This document shows, piece after piece, positions 28,409-37,950 of a DNA stretch of 64,000 bases; within the stretch, counting starts at the first letter, position 1, and the number at the start of each line of letters is the position of its first letter. This DNA is from an uncultured Candidatus Saccharibacteria bacterium. Lineage in GTDB: Bacteria; Patescibacteriota; UBA1384; JACPKC01. The DNA is taken from assembly GCA_964423885.1 (NCBI GenBank), contig CAYRGD010000002.1:82128-146127 (forward strand), written 5' to 3'. Both the position numbers and the translations under genes were made by a program. The notes below the pieces were generated by a model. The model did no database searches and was not told where the DNA came from. It saw nothing but the letters and a program-made list of their open reading frames with translations.

Positions 28409-29312
28409 GCGTCAGGCCCAAGGCGGGGCGGGCCTGTTGGTCTTCTTCATTATCCTGCTAGGGTTCGCCGCCCAGCTCTTAAAGCAGCCGACACTCGCCG
28501 GCGGCCTGTTCCGCGTCTCGGTACTCGATATCGGGCAAGGCGACGCGATCCTGCTCGATACGCCCGGCGGGCAACACCTGCTGGTCGACAGCGGTCCGTC
28601 GGCCGCGACGCTGTCGGTACTGAATCGCTACTTCGTCGAGCCGCACCGGTTCCGCTTGTTGGTCGCGAGCCACAACCATGCCGACCATATCGGCGGCTTT
28701 CCCGCGGTTCTGGCCGAGTACCCGGCGGACGAGGTCTGGTTGAGCGGTTCGGTCACTACGACGAACATCTATACGAAGTGGCTCGAGGCGATCAAAAGCT
28801 CGGGCGCGGCGGTGCGCACCGTCAAGTACGGCGACGACGCGGAGATCGACGGACTCCACCTGGCCGTTTTGCACCCGATCGAGTCGGCCGTCGGTATCCG
28901 GCCGCAAGAGGAACACGATGCGACCGTGGTGGTGCGCGTCACCTACGGCGCAGTAAGCATCTTGCTCACCGGCGACCTGGAGGCCAAGCACGAGGCCGAG
29001 ATCTTGGCCCAGGATCCGGCCGCGGTCGCCGCGACGATCCTCAAAGTGACGCACCACGGGTCGAAGTACGGTTCGTCGGATGCGTTCCTCGATGCCGTCC
29101 ATCCGGCCGAGGCCGTTATCTCGGACGCCGCCGGAAATAAGTTCGGCCATCCGCATCCCGAGACGCTCGACCGCTTGAAGCGGCGGAATATCCCGGTCTA
29201 CCGCACCGACGAGGACGGCACGGTCCAGTTCCTGTCCGACGGCGCCTCGCTCTGGGTTCAGACCGAACACGGCGAGCGCACCCAAGTGGACATCCTGGGC
29301 GCTTCGCGCTAG
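28398..29312 (+). CDS. MBL-fold metallo-hydrolase: the ComEC C-terminal nuclease-type domain as a separate ORF with its own TM anchor
   Basis: ATG at 28398 with RBS AAGGAGGA; it overlaps the comEC stop. MSAKRQAQGGAGLLVFFIILLGFAAQLL is the TM anchor. ...VLDIGQGDAILLDTPGGQHLLVDSG...LLVASHNHADHIGGFPAVL...KVTHHGSKYGSS... matches the HxHxDH-type MBL motifs. Confidence 0.7.
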   Translation: MSAKRQAQGGAGLLVFFIILLGFAAQLLKQPTLAGGLFRVSVLDIGQGDAILLDTPGGQHLLVDSGPSAATLSVLNRYFVEPHRFRLLVASHNHADHIGGFPAVLAEYPADEVWLSGSVTTTNIYTKWLEAIKSSGAAVRTVKYGDDAEIDGLHLAVLHPIESAVGIRPQEEHDATVVVRVTYGAVSILLTGDLEAKHEAEILAQDPAAVAATILKVTHHGSKYGSSDAFLDAVHPAEAVISDAAGNKFGHPHPETLDRLKRRNIPVYRTDEDGTVQFLSDGASLWVQTEHGERTQVDILGASR

Positions 29313-29324
29313 ACTCGGTCCGCT

Positions 29325-30029
29325 ATGTCGGGACACTCGAAATGGGCGCAGATCAAACGGGCGAAGGGCGCTGCCGACGTGAAGCGCGGCAAGTTGTTCG
29401 GCCAGCTCGCCAAAGCGATCACGATCGCGGCCCGTCTGGGTAAAAACCTAGACACGGTCGTGGCGACGGCGCGCGCCGCGAACATGCCCAAGGACAACAT
29501 CGAGCGGGCGATCAAGCGCGGCACAGGCGAGTCGGGCGACGGTGTGCAGATCGACGAGGTCGTCTATGAAGCGTACGGCCCGGGCGGCGCGGCGCTGCTT
29601 ATCACTGCTTTGACCGACAACCGTAATCGGACGATCGGTGAGCTCCGGGCGGTTGCGAACAAGCAGGGTCTGACCCTGGCCCAACCTGGCGCGGTCCGGT
29701 TCTTGTTCGCGGAACGGGGGATCATCGAGATCGGCTTGGGCGATGACCCTGACGCGGCCGAGCTGGCGCTCATCGACGCGGGTGCCGACGAGATCGAACG
29801 CGCCGACGACCGGTTCGTCGGCTTCGTGGCACCCGAGGTGTTGTCGCAAGCACTGGCCTCCTTGGGTGCGGCGGGTATGCCGGTCCTCGACAGCCGCCTT
29901 GTCTGGGTGCCGACGGGTGAGCACGAGGTAACGGCCGAACAGCAGGAACAGCTCCTTGGTGCAATGGAGAGGCTTGAAGAGCTCGACGACGTGAGCGCGG
30001 TCGAGACGAACGCGCGGTTCGCCGACTGA
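29325..30029 (+). CDS. yebC: YebC/PmpR-family transcriptional regulator
   Basis: MSGHSKWAQIKRAKGAADVKRGKLFGQLAKAITIAARLGKN..., the highly conserved YebC N-terminus. Confidence 0.9.
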   Translation: MSGHSKWAQIKRAKGAADVKRGKLFGQLAKAITIAARLGKNLDTVVATARAANMPKDNIERAIKRGTGESGDGVQIDEVVYEAYGPGGAALLITALTDNRNRTIGELRAVANKQGLTLAQPGAVRFLFAERGIIEIGLGDDPDAAELALIDAGADEIERADDRFVGFVAPEVLSQALASLGAAGMPVLDSRLVWVPTGEHEVTAEQQEQLLGAMERLEELDDVSAVETNARFAD

Positions 30030-30060
30030 TCTGCTAGGGTAGCAAGGCGCAAGGAGGGTT

Positions 30061-30975
30061 ATGCGAATACTCGTTTCCGGCGGCGCCGGGTTCATCGGAT
30101 CGCAGGTAGCGGCGCGATACCAAGCTGACGGGCATGCCGTCGCGATCGTCGACGACTTTTCGTCGGGCTTGCGGGACAACGTACCCGACGGCGTCACCGT
30201 ATACGAGGCGAATATCCGCGATGACGCGGCCATGCGGCGGATCGCCGACGAGTTCGCGCCCGAGACAGTGAACCACCACGCCGCCCAGCTGTCGGTATCC
30301 CGTTCGGTCGCCGATCCGCGCCACGACGCCGAGGTCAATATCCTGGGATTTTTGACGCTCGTCGAAGCGGTGCGCGGTACGGCGACGCGGATCGTCGTCG
30401 CCTCGTCGGGCGGCGCGATGTACGGCGATACCGATCAGGTGCCAACTCCAGAAACCTTTCCTGCGGCACCGGTTTCGCCCTACGGCATCGCCAAGCGGAC
30501 CATGGAGTACTACCTGCATTTCTACGAGGTCCAGTACGGCCTGTCATGGGCCGCGCTCCGTTATGCGAACGTCTACGGCCCGAAACAGAATCCCGCAGGG
30601 GAAACCGGCGTCATCGCTGTGTTCCTCGATGCGCTCGGGCGGGGCGTGCAGCCGCTGGTGCTCGGTGACGGCATGCAGACCCGCGACTACGTCTTCGTCG
30701 ACGATGTGGTGGCCGCGAACGTTGCCGCGCTCGGCCGTGGCAGCGGCCCGTACAATATCGGTACCGGCCAGGAGACGACGGTTATCGACCTGTTCCATGC
30801 CGTCCAGAAGGCGATGGACACCTCGTTCCCGGTCACCTTCGGCCCGGTCCGGCCCGGCGAACAGCGTCGATCGGCGCTCGACGCGTCCCGTGCCCGTGCG
30901 GAGCTCGGTTGGGAGCCACGCACACCGCTTGCCGACGGCATTGCTGCGACCGTGGCTTGGTACCGCGGCCGATGA
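30061..30975 (+). CDS. galE: NAD-dependent epimerase/dehydratase (UDP-glucose 4-epimerase GalE-like)
   Basis: MRILVSGGAGFIGSQVAARY (GxxGxxG) ... SPYGIAKRTMEYY (YxxxK) ... 304 aa. Confidence 0.75.
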   Translation: MRILVSGGAGFIGSQVAARYQADGHAVAIVDDFSSGLRDNVPDGVTVYEANIRDDAAMRRIADEFAPETVNHHAAQLSVSRSVADPRHDAEVNILGFLTLVEAVRGTATRIVVASSGGAMYGDTDQVPTPETFPAAPVSPYGIAKRTMEYYLHFYEVQYGLSWAALRYANVYGPKQNPAGETGVIAVFLDALGRGVQPLVLGDGMQTRDYVFVDDVVAANVAALGRGSGPYNIGTGQETTVIDLFHAVQKAMDTSFPVTFGPVRPGEQRRSALDASRARAELGWEPRTPLADGIAATVAWYRGR

Positions 30976-31463
30976 CAATCCTGGGCATCGACCCTGGCAT
31001 CGGGATTACCGGCTGGAGCATCCTGGCCGCCGGGCGTCCTGCCAAACCCGAGCTCATCGCGGCGGGGATCATCAGTACGACGCCCAATACCCCGACGCAC
31101 GAGCGGCTGGTGACGCTCTACCGCCAGATCGGCCAGGTACTTGAGCAGTACAGTCCGTCCGTACTGTCGATCGAACGGCTCTTCTTTGCCAAGAATGTCA
31201 CTACGGCGATGGCCGTTAGCCAGGCCCGCGGGGTGGTATTGCTTGCTGCCGCCCAAGCAGCCCTGACGGTGCACGAGTACACGCCGCTCCAGGTGAAGAT
31301 GACGATCACCGGGTTCGGCCAAGCCAGTAAACGGCAGGTGGCCGCGATGCTCCCGCATCATGTCGCGGGCGCTCCTATCCCGAAGCAAGACGATGCCGCG
31401 GACGCGGTCGCGATCGCCGTCACCCACCTGTCGGCGCTCCGTCTCGAGCCCGTCCGTCGCTAG
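30972..31463 (+). CDS. ruvC: Crossover junction endodeoxyribonuclease RuvC
   Basis: MTILGIDPGIGITGWSIL... the start overlaps the epimerase stop (ATGA). ...KQDDAADAVAIAVTHL... matches RuvC catalytic Asp/His motifs. Confidence 0.85.
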   Translation: MTILGIDPGIGITGWSILAAGRPAKPELIAAGIISTTPNTPTHERLVTLYRQIGQVLEQYSPSVLSIERLFFAKNVTTAMAVSQARGVVLLAAAQAALTVHEYTPLQVKMTITGFGQASKRQVAAMLPHHVAGAPIPKQDDAADAVAIAVTHLSALRLEPVRR

Positions 31464-31478
31464 CGAAGGAGAAACTGT

Positions 31479-32468
31479 ATGCCCCAGCTTCGACAAAACT
31501 TCATCACTGGCGAGTGGGTCGTGATCGCGCCGGAACGGGCCAAGCGGGCCCAAGACGTCCATGTGCCGACGGACGAGCATTCGGCCGACCAAGCGCCGTG
31601 CCGGTTCTGCGTGGGCAGCGAGGAATACGCGAAGCGCGTCGCGGGAACCGAGAACGACCATATCTATATCCTGCCCAACGCCTACCCGGCCTTCGTCGAG
31701 GATCCGGCGCTGTGCAGTCCGCGTTCGTTCGGCGTCGAGCAGGGATTCTATACGGCCCGCCCGAGCGTAGGCGGCCACGACGTGCTCGTAGTGAAAGATC
31801 ATGACGTCAGCTTACCGACCTTCAACGAGCCGACCTGGTACGACCTGCTCGCCATCACCAAGGAACGGATCAACTACTTTTACGACGTCTGTAACGTGGA
31901 GTCAGTCATGCCGATCTACAACCACCGCCGTGCCGCCGGCGCATCAGTGGCTCATCCGCACGCCCAGCTCTTCGCCGCCAATGTCGTGCCGAACCTGCTC
32001 ACCCGTGAACTCCATCACGGCGAACGCCACTACGAGCAACACGGCACCTGCAGCTTCTGCGACATGGTCGTGCACGAACGCGCCGCCGGCACCCGCGTGC
32101 TGTACGACGGGGACGGGTTCCTGGCCTGCACATTCTACGCGGCCCGCTTCCCGTACGAGATCTGGATCCTGCCGACCGACCACGCGTCCCACTTTGAGCG
32201 CTCAAACGCCGAGCAGCTACGTGCGCTTGTCAGGGCGATGCGCTACAGCATCGGTCGGCTTGACAGTGTGCTGCACGATCCGCCACTCAATTACTTCATT
32301 CATACCGCGCCGCGGACGGTCGACGGTGTCCCGTACTTCCACTGGCACGTCGAAATCGCGCCCCGCTTGGCTACCTACGGCGGGTTCGAGCTGGGCAGCG
32401 GGATGATTATCGACGTGACGAGCCCCGAGGTCGCAGCGCAGGAGTTACGGCGGGGAACCGGCCGCTAG
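31479..32468 (+). CDS. galT: Galactose-1-phosphate uridylyltransferase (HIT superfamily)
   Basis: CRFC is the zinc-site motif; GASVAHPHAQLFAANVVP matches the HPHGQ-type HIT motif. 329 aa. Confidence 0.7.
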   Translation: MPQLRQNFITGEWVVIAPERAKRAQDVHVPTDEHSADQAPCRFCVGSEEYAKRVAGTENDHIYILPNAYPAFVEDPALCSPRSFGVEQGFYTARPSVGGHDVLVVKDHDVSLPTFNEPTWYDLLAITKERINYFYDVCNVESVMPIYNHRRAAGASVAHPHAQLFAANVVPNLLTRELHHGERHYEQHGTCSFCDMVVHERAAGTRVLYDGDGFLACTFYAARFPYEIWILPTDHASHFERSNAEQLRALVRAMRYSIGRLDSVLHDPPLNYFIHTAPRTVDGVPYFHWHVEIAPRLATYGGFELGSGMIIDVTSPEVAAQELRRGTGR

Positions 32469-33415
32469 TGATAGCGGTGGTAGGCGGTTTTTGCCCAGCG
32501 CAGCACGTCGTCGAACGGCATCGTGGCGACGCCGATCGTTTCGTCGGCCGCACCGTAGTACACGAACAACGTCCCGTCGAGCACGACCACGCCGCAGCTG
32601 AAGACGACGTTGTCGACCACGCCGTCGCGCTCGTACGCGGTTTTCGGTTGGAGCGCGGCTTCGTCGGTGCGCGCGAGCGTGCGGATCGGCTGGTGGGGAT
32701 CAAGTAGCGCGAAGCCCAGGCTATACCGTTTCTTGCGAACGCCGTGGTAGAGCAGAACCCAACCGTACGGCGTCTCGATCGGGGGTGCGCCGGCACCGAT
32801 GTAATCGCTGTCCCAGCCGGTACCGTCGGGGCGCATGACCACGCCGCGCTCCTTGAAGTCGGTCAGCTCGGCACCGACAGCCAGCCGTATGTCCGGAGGG
32901 ACGCGATGCAGGAGCAGGAAGTTTCCCTCCACCTTTTTGGGGAACAGGACAGCATCTTTGCTGTCGATGTGGCTCAAAATCACGCCGTGCCGTGAAAAGG
33001 TCCGGAAGTCGTGCGTGTGGGCGATGCTTACACGCACCCGCCAGGGGAAGGGGTCGATCTCACCCGGCTGCTTTTCTTTAAACGCGCTCGGATATTCCGA
33101 CGCGGCCGTGTAGGTGATGTAGTAGCTGCTGCCGATTTGGGTGATGCGCGGGTCTTCGACGCCCATCGTTTCGTATTCGGTATCAGGATCCGGCGCGAAA
33201 ATGGGATCGGCCAAGCGCTCGCTGATATGGAAGCCGTCGTCCGAAAAGGCCAAGCCGAACCGCGAGATCCGGTCGTCGCCCTGGGCCCGGTACAGAAGCG
33301 CGACGCGGCCGTCGACGATCGTGGCCCCGCAATTGAAGACGGCGTAATTTTCCCACGTATTGTGCGTGGGCGCGAGGATCGGGTTGCCGGGGTGGCGCGC
33401 AAGGGAAAGCCGCAT
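32465..33415 (-). CDS. GH130-family glycoside phosphorylase/hydrolase (DUF377 fold; beta-mannoside phosphorylase-like)
   Basis: MRLSLARHPGNPILAPTHNTWENYAVFNCGATIVDGRVALLYRAQGDD... a typical GH130 N-terminus; 316 aa. Confidence 0.65.
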   Translation of the reverse strand: MRLSLARHPGNPILAPTHNTWENYAVFNCGATIVDGRVALLYRAQGDDRISRFGLAFSDDGFHISERLADPIFAPDPDTEYETMGVEDPRITQIGSSYYITYTAASEYPSAFKEKQPGEIDPFPWRVRVSIAHTHDFRTFSRHGVILSHIDSKDAVLFPKKVEGNFLLLHRVPPDIRLAVGAELTDFKERGVVMRPDGTGWDSDYIGAGAPPIETPYGWVLLYHGVRKKRYSLGFALLDPHQPIRTLARTDEAALQPKTAYERDGVVDNVVFSCGVVVLDGTLFVYYGAADETIGVATMPFDDVLRWAKTAYHRYH

Positions 33416-33460
33416 CGTTTGCTACTATACCACGTAAGGACGGAAGGGAACTGGAGGGGC

Positions 33461-34417
33461 GTGCGCATCTATCGGCCGGAACTCGTCGAGCAGCTGCTCG
33501 CGCTGGTGGGTCACGGGCCCGTCGCGGTCGCGACCGACCTCGACGGTACGATTATGCCGGTCGCGACGGATCCGAATGGGAACCGGATCCATCCGGACGC
33601 GCACTCAGCGCTCCGGCGGTTGGCGTCCCGGGGCGTGCCGATCGGCGTGTTCACCGGGCGGGACGGCGCCGATGCCGAACAGCTGCTCAGCATCGCCTCG
33701 GCGACCGTGGTCGGTACGAACGGCGCGGAGTGGCGGTCTGATAGCCGGTCGGTCTTGGTCCCTGTGTACGACGCGATGGCCACGGCATTGAGCGACCGGT
33801 TGGGCGACATCCAGCGCCACGCGTTGGCGTTTCTGGCACCGACGGCTGTCCGGTATTTGCCGAACAACAGCATCGAAGCAGTGTCCCGGGACGGCACCCT
33901 CGTCATCTTGCGGAAAGGACGGACGGCGAAAAGCCCGAACGGAATCTCGCACATGTACTACCTACCCGCAGCGATGGGTATCGCGCGCCGCGCCGGCCTC
34001 ATCGAGCTCCTGGCACGATCGTACGCGCAGCATTTCGCCGGCCGCTTAGGCGAGCTCGTTTCGTTCGAGCGCGGCGGCGACAGTGCATCGTTCACGGTGC
34101 TGTCGGCCGCGCCCAAGTGGGAATCCTTGGCAGTGTTCGTCCGGAATCTCGCGTCGGGCGACGGGGCTCGCGTCCGGAGCTTCCTGTATATCGGCGACAG
34201 CGAACCCGACATACCGTCGTTGCGGCTCATGCGGGTCGTGCGGAGCCTGACACGGCTCTACGCCGTAGGCGCGAGCGTCCGCCACCGTGTCGACGAGGAT
34301 ACGGCCGTGGTCGAGGCGGCATCGTTCTCATGCGACAGTGTGGCGTCCGCCGCATCGATGCTGACCTTGCTTGCCGAGCTCGTTGAGGTAGCTGCTACGT
34401 CGCCTCCGCTTGATTGA
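33461..34417 (+). CDS. HAD-IIB family sugar-phosphate phosphatase (trehalose-/sucrose-/mannosylglycerate-phosphate phosphatase-like)
   Basis: GTG 33461 follows GGAGGGG. VAVATDLDGTIM is the HAD motif I DxDGT. ...IGVFTGRD... is motif II. The ORF-track start at 33011 overlaps the convergent GH130 gene. Confidence 0.55.
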   Translation: MRIYRPELVEQLLALVGHGPVAVATDLDGTIMPVATDPNGNRIHPDAHSALRRLASRGVPIGVFTGRDGADAEQLLSIASATVVGTNGAEWRSDSRSVLVPVYDAMATALSDRLGDIQRHALAFLAPTAVRYLPNNSIEAVSRDGTLVILRKGRTAKSPNGISHMYYLPAAMGIARRAGLIELLARSYAQHFAGRLGELVSFERGGDSASFTVLSAAPKWESLAVFVRNLASGDGARVRSFLYIGDSEPDIPSLRLMRVVRSLTRLYAVGASVRHRVDEDTAVVEAASFSCDSVASAASMLTLLAELVEVAATSPPLD

Positions 34418-34441
34418 CAGTTCTCGGAGCGTACAGTAAGC

Positions 34442-35638
34442 TTGCCTATCTCCGAAAGGCAACGTATGGTCCGACCCCCAAGAATCCTCCATGTGTCGTC
34501 GAGCCTGCCGAAGATGTGCGGGATCGCTACCTATACGCACGCGCTCGACCAATCGTTGCTGCGCCTCGATCCGGCCCTCAAGACGGCAATGGTCGGTGTG
34601 CGGGAGACGGGCGCGACGTACACGTTCCCCGACAGCGTCTGCAGCGAAATCCGTCAAGGTGATCCCGAAAGCTACCAGGCGGCCGGCGCATGGGCGGATA
34701 CCGCCCCGTTCGACGTTATCGACCTGCAGCATGAGTTCGGCTTGTATACCCCGGTGCGTGAGACCAAGTTGGCACTCGGCGAGGATGACGGCCAGGACAT
34801 CTTGGCGTTCCTCGACGCTACGACGAAGCCGGTCGTGACGACGTTCCATATGGTGTTCCCCAATCCGCCGAAACACCACAAAGCGGTGGTCAAGGCGATC
34901 ATCGACCGGTCGGCCTACGTGGTGACGATCGCGGCCCACGCCGCGTACCTGCTGCTCCGCGACTACGACGCCGACGAACGGAAAGTCCGCGTCATCCCGC
35001 ACGGCGTGCCCAACATCGATCTCAAGCCGACGACCTCGTTCAAGCAGGCGCTCGGTATTCCGGAAGACCGGCTGGTCATCTCGACGTTCGGGCTCATCCG
35101 CGCCAAAAAAGGCATCGAGTACGCGATCCGCGCGATGCCGATGATCCTCAAGGAATTCCCGAACGCGCACTACTATGTCATCGGCGCGGCGCACCCGCAG
35201 CGGCCGAAGGAATATCTCGACGAGCTGCGCCATGAGGCCGCAGCACTCGGGGTGTCCGACCATGTCCACTTCGTGACGCGGTTCCTCGCGTACGACGAAC
35301 TGCTCGAATGGCTCCAGGCGACGAACGTGTTTCTGGCGCCGTTCCTTGTGCTCGAGGCGATCTCGAGCGGGACGCTCATTTACGCGATGGGGGCCGGCCG
35401 CGCCTGCGTGGCGACGCCGTTCGTGTTCGCGAAGGAAGTGTTGGCCGACGGCCGCGGCATCCTCATTAATCCAAGGAGCAGGACGGCGATCGCCCAGGCG
35501 GTGACGCAGTATTTCAAGCACCCCCGGTTCCGGCATTCGGTCCAACGGAAGGCGTATGCCTATGCCCATGCCAGGATCTGGCCGAAAGTCGCCAAACAGT
35601 ACCTGGACCTGTTCGCGAAAGCGGCAGCGGAGCGGTGA
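34442..35638 (+). CDS. GT4-family glycosyltransferase
   Basis: 398 aa. ...RILHVSSSLPKMCGIATYTHAL... is the GT-B N-terminal domain. ...EAISSGTLIYAMGAGRACVATPF... is the E-x7-E-type C-terminal donor-binding region. Confidence 0.8.
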   Translation: MPISERQRMVRPPRILHVSSSLPKMCGIATYTHALDQSLLRLDPALKTAMVGVRETGATYTFPDSVCSEIRQGDPESYQAAGAWADTAPFDVIDLQHEFGLYTPVRETKLALGEDDGQDILAFLDATTKPVVTTFHMVFPNPPKHHKAVVKAIIDRSAYVVTIAAHAAYLLLRDYDADERKVRVIPHGVPNIDLKPTTSFKQALGIPEDRLVISTFGLIRAKKGIEYAIRAMPMILKEFPNAHYYVIGAAHPQRPKEYLDELRHEAAALGVSDHVHFVTRFLAYDELLEWLQATNVFLAPFLVLEAISSGTLIYAMGAGRACVATPFVFAKEVLADGRGILINPRSRTAIAQAVTQYFKHPRFRHSVQRKAYAYAHARIWPKVAKQYLDLFAKAAAER

Positions 35639-36807
35639 TGGCGGCACGGCGTCCGCTCCGGTACGGCGTGGTCTCGACCTTTGTGCCGCGCGAATGCGGC
35701 ATCGCGACGTATTCGGCCGACGTCATCGTGGGGATCCAGGCGGCCCACCCCGATGCCCGGCCGAGCGTACTGGCTCTGTCTGATGCATCCTATACCTATC
35801 CGCCGCTGGTGCAGCGCGAACTCGCGCAGTCCGACGAACCGGCCTACGCCGAGGCGGCCGACTGGCTCAACGCTTCCGACCTTGACGCGGTGCTCATCCA
35901 ACACGAATTCGGGATTTTCGGTGGGTTCAACGGCCGATACCTGACTACACTGCTCCGCCGCCTCAAGAAGCCTGTCGTGTTATCGCTCCACACGGTCCCG
36001 ATGCATCCCAAGGCGCGGAAGCTCCGGTCGCGGCTGTCGTTGCTGCGTCGGATTTTCGGTATGGTCGACGCGGTCGTCGTGAAAATCCCGAGCGCGGTCA
36101 CATTTTTCCGCGAGGCCGGATTTCCCGACGAACTGCTGCGCAAGCTGACCGTGATCCCGCATGGTGCGCCGACGGTGCCTGCGGGGCTTGCCCAAACCCG
36201 GGCCGCGATCCGCGCGCGCCTCGGGATCGCGGACGACGCCATCCTCATCCTGACCTACGGCCTTATCACCAAGAAAAAGGGTATCCAGCACGCGCTCCGG
36301 GCAATGAAGCATGTGGCGAAACGCTATCCTAATGCCACGTATCTCATTGCCGGCCGCACCCACCCCTCGAAAACGACGCCGTTCTACGACGAGTTGCGGT
36401 CGTATGCCGCCAAGAACGGCCTGGCCGACACGGTCCGGTTCGACCACCGGTACATGACGACGGACGAAGTGCTCGAGCGGTTGGTCGCGGCTGACATCTA
36501 CCTGGTGCCGTACCTTTCGAAAGAACAGGTGTCGAGCGGGACGCTGGCGTACGCGGTGGCGGCAGGAAAGCCAGTAGTCGCGACCCGCTTCGCCTATGCG
36601 GCCGACACGTTGGCCGACGGCCGCGGTCTGCTCGTCGACTTCGCTGCGCCCAAGCAGATCGCCCAGGCGCTCGAACAGTTGATCGCCGATCCCGCGCTGC
36701 GGGTATCAGTCGGGCGGAAGGCGGCTGCGTTCGGCCGGCAGTTGTCGTGGAAGAGGGTCGGCGGCTTGTACTACGACGCGCTGCAGCGCGCAGCCGGGCG
36801 CCGATGA
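35635..36807 (+). CDS. GT4-family glycosyltransferase (paralogue of the upstream gene)
   Basis: 390 aa. ...YGVVSTFVPRECGIATYSADV... and ...EQVSSGTLAYAVAAGKPVVATRF... ATGA overlap with the upstream GT4. Confidence 0.8.
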   Translation: MMAARRPLRYGVVSTFVPRECGIATYSADVIVGIQAAHPDARPSVLALSDASYTYPPLVQRELAQSDEPAYAEAADWLNASDLDAVLIQHEFGIFGGFNGRYLTTLLRRLKKPVVLSLHTVPMHPKARKLRSRLSLLRRIFGMVDAVVVKIPSAVTFFREAGFPDELLRKLTVIPHGAPTVPAGLAQTRAAIRARLGIADDAILILTYGLITKKKGIQHALRAMKHVAKRYPNATYLIAGRTHPSKTTPFYDELRSYAAKNGLADTVRFDHRYMTTDEVLERLVAADIYLVPYLSKEQVSSGTLAYAVAAGKPVVATRFAYAADTLADGRGLLVDFAAPKQIAQALEQLIADPALRVSVGRKAAAFGRQLSWKRVGGLYYDALQRAAGRR

Positions 36808-37361
36808 TCCGCACGCTCCGCGGGACTCTTACCGCGCATGCCGGTGACGGGGTCATCCTTGAGCTCGGCGGCATCGGCTACGGGATCCGTACGCCGTTGC
36901 GGTCACGCGGCCAACTGGGTGCCGAACGGCGGTTCTTCATCCATCACCATGTCCGCGAGGACGAGCAATTGCTCTTCGGGTTCGACACGATGGAAGAGCT
37001 CAACCTCTTCGAGTTGTTGATTACTGTGCCGAGTATCGGCCCCAAGCTCGCGATGGCGATCCTGTCGATCGCGGCACCGGCCGACATCATCGGTGCGGTC
37101 AACACGGATAACGCAGGGTTTTTCCAGGCGATTCCCGGTCTCGGCAAAAAGAGCGCGCTCAAGATTATCGTCGAACTGAAAGGTAAATTCGGCGGTGCCA
37201 GTAGTACGTCGGTGCCGTCGGGCGGTTTGGTGCTCGCCGACGCGCTCACCGGCCTGGGCTATGATGCGGCCGAGGTACAGTCCGTGGTCGCGCGGGTGCC
37301 TGCCGGCCTTACCGATACCGAACAGGTCGGCTGGGCGTTACGGGAGCTCGGCCAGGCGTAG
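36804..37361 (+). CDS. ruvA: Holliday junction branch-migration complex subunit RuvA
   Basis: MIRTLRGTLTAHAGDGVILELGGIGYGIRTPLRS...LLFGFDTMEELNLFELLITVPSIGPKLAMAILS... ATGA overlap with the GT4 stop. Confidence 0.85.
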   Translation: MIRTLRGTLTAHAGDGVILELGGIGYGIRTPLRSRGQLGAERRFFIHHHVREDEQLLFGFDTMEELNLFELLITVPSIGPKLAMAILSIAAPADIIGAVNTDNAGFFQAIPGLGKKSALKIIVELKGKFGGASSTSVPSGGLVLADALTGLGYDAAEVQSVVARVPAGLTDTEQVGWALRELGQA

Positions 37362-37434
37362 TGTGGACAACCGCCTTGTCCTGGGCGGTATCCAGGTGGA
37401 CAATCAGGCCGCTGCCAGCTAGCCAGGAGGAACC

Positions 37435-37950
37435 ATGAAATCAACGATCCTTGCCGCGGTCACCGTGCTTATGGTGGTCAGTATCGGTGTGGTGCTCTGG
37501 GTGACCGGCGTCTTCGGCGGCGGATCGGCCGGTACCGCCGGGTTCGGTGGCAACTCCGAAAAAATCCAGGCGGTGTTTCTGACGAACGGCCAGGTCTATT
37601 TCGGTAAGTTTTCCCAAAACGCAGGGGTGGCGCGGCTCGAGAACATCTACTACCTGCAAGTCGACCAGACCAGCAGCCAGCAGCTGCAGTCGGCCAAGGA
37701 CCAGGCTACGCAGCCGGATGTCCGGCTTATCAAACTCGGCAATGAGCTCCATGGGCCGCGCGACAGCATGAGAATTAATCCGGAGCACATCTTGTTCGTG
37801 GAAGATCTACAAGAAAACGGGAAGGTAGTCGAAGCCATCCGCCGCTACGAAACAGAAGGGCCCGATGCCCAGACGCCGAGCGTCCAATCAGGCAACAACG
37901 GCCAGTCCACAGGCCAAGGAACGGGTTCCACGGCCGGCCAGGGCAATTAG
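37435..37950 (+). CDS. Hypothetical membrane-anchored protein (171 aa)
   Basis: Strong RBS AGGAGG. MKSTILAAVTVLMVVSIGVVLWVTGVFGG is the TM anchor. No family recognised. Confidence 0.5.
   Translation: MKSTILAAVTVLMVVSIGVVLWVTGVFGGGSAGTAGFGGNSEKIQAVFLTNGQVYFGKFSQNAGVARLENIYYLQVDQTSSQQLQSAKDQATQPDVRLIKLGNELHGPRDSMRINPEHILFVEDLQENGKVVEAIRRYETEGPDAQTPSVQSGNNGQSTGQGTGSTAGQGN

Noticed and set aside
34328-35647. 439-aa ORF antisense to the first GT4 gene
   Set aside because: Arg-rich and without an RBS. The GT4 frame has clear GT-B motifs and ATGA coupling to neighbours.
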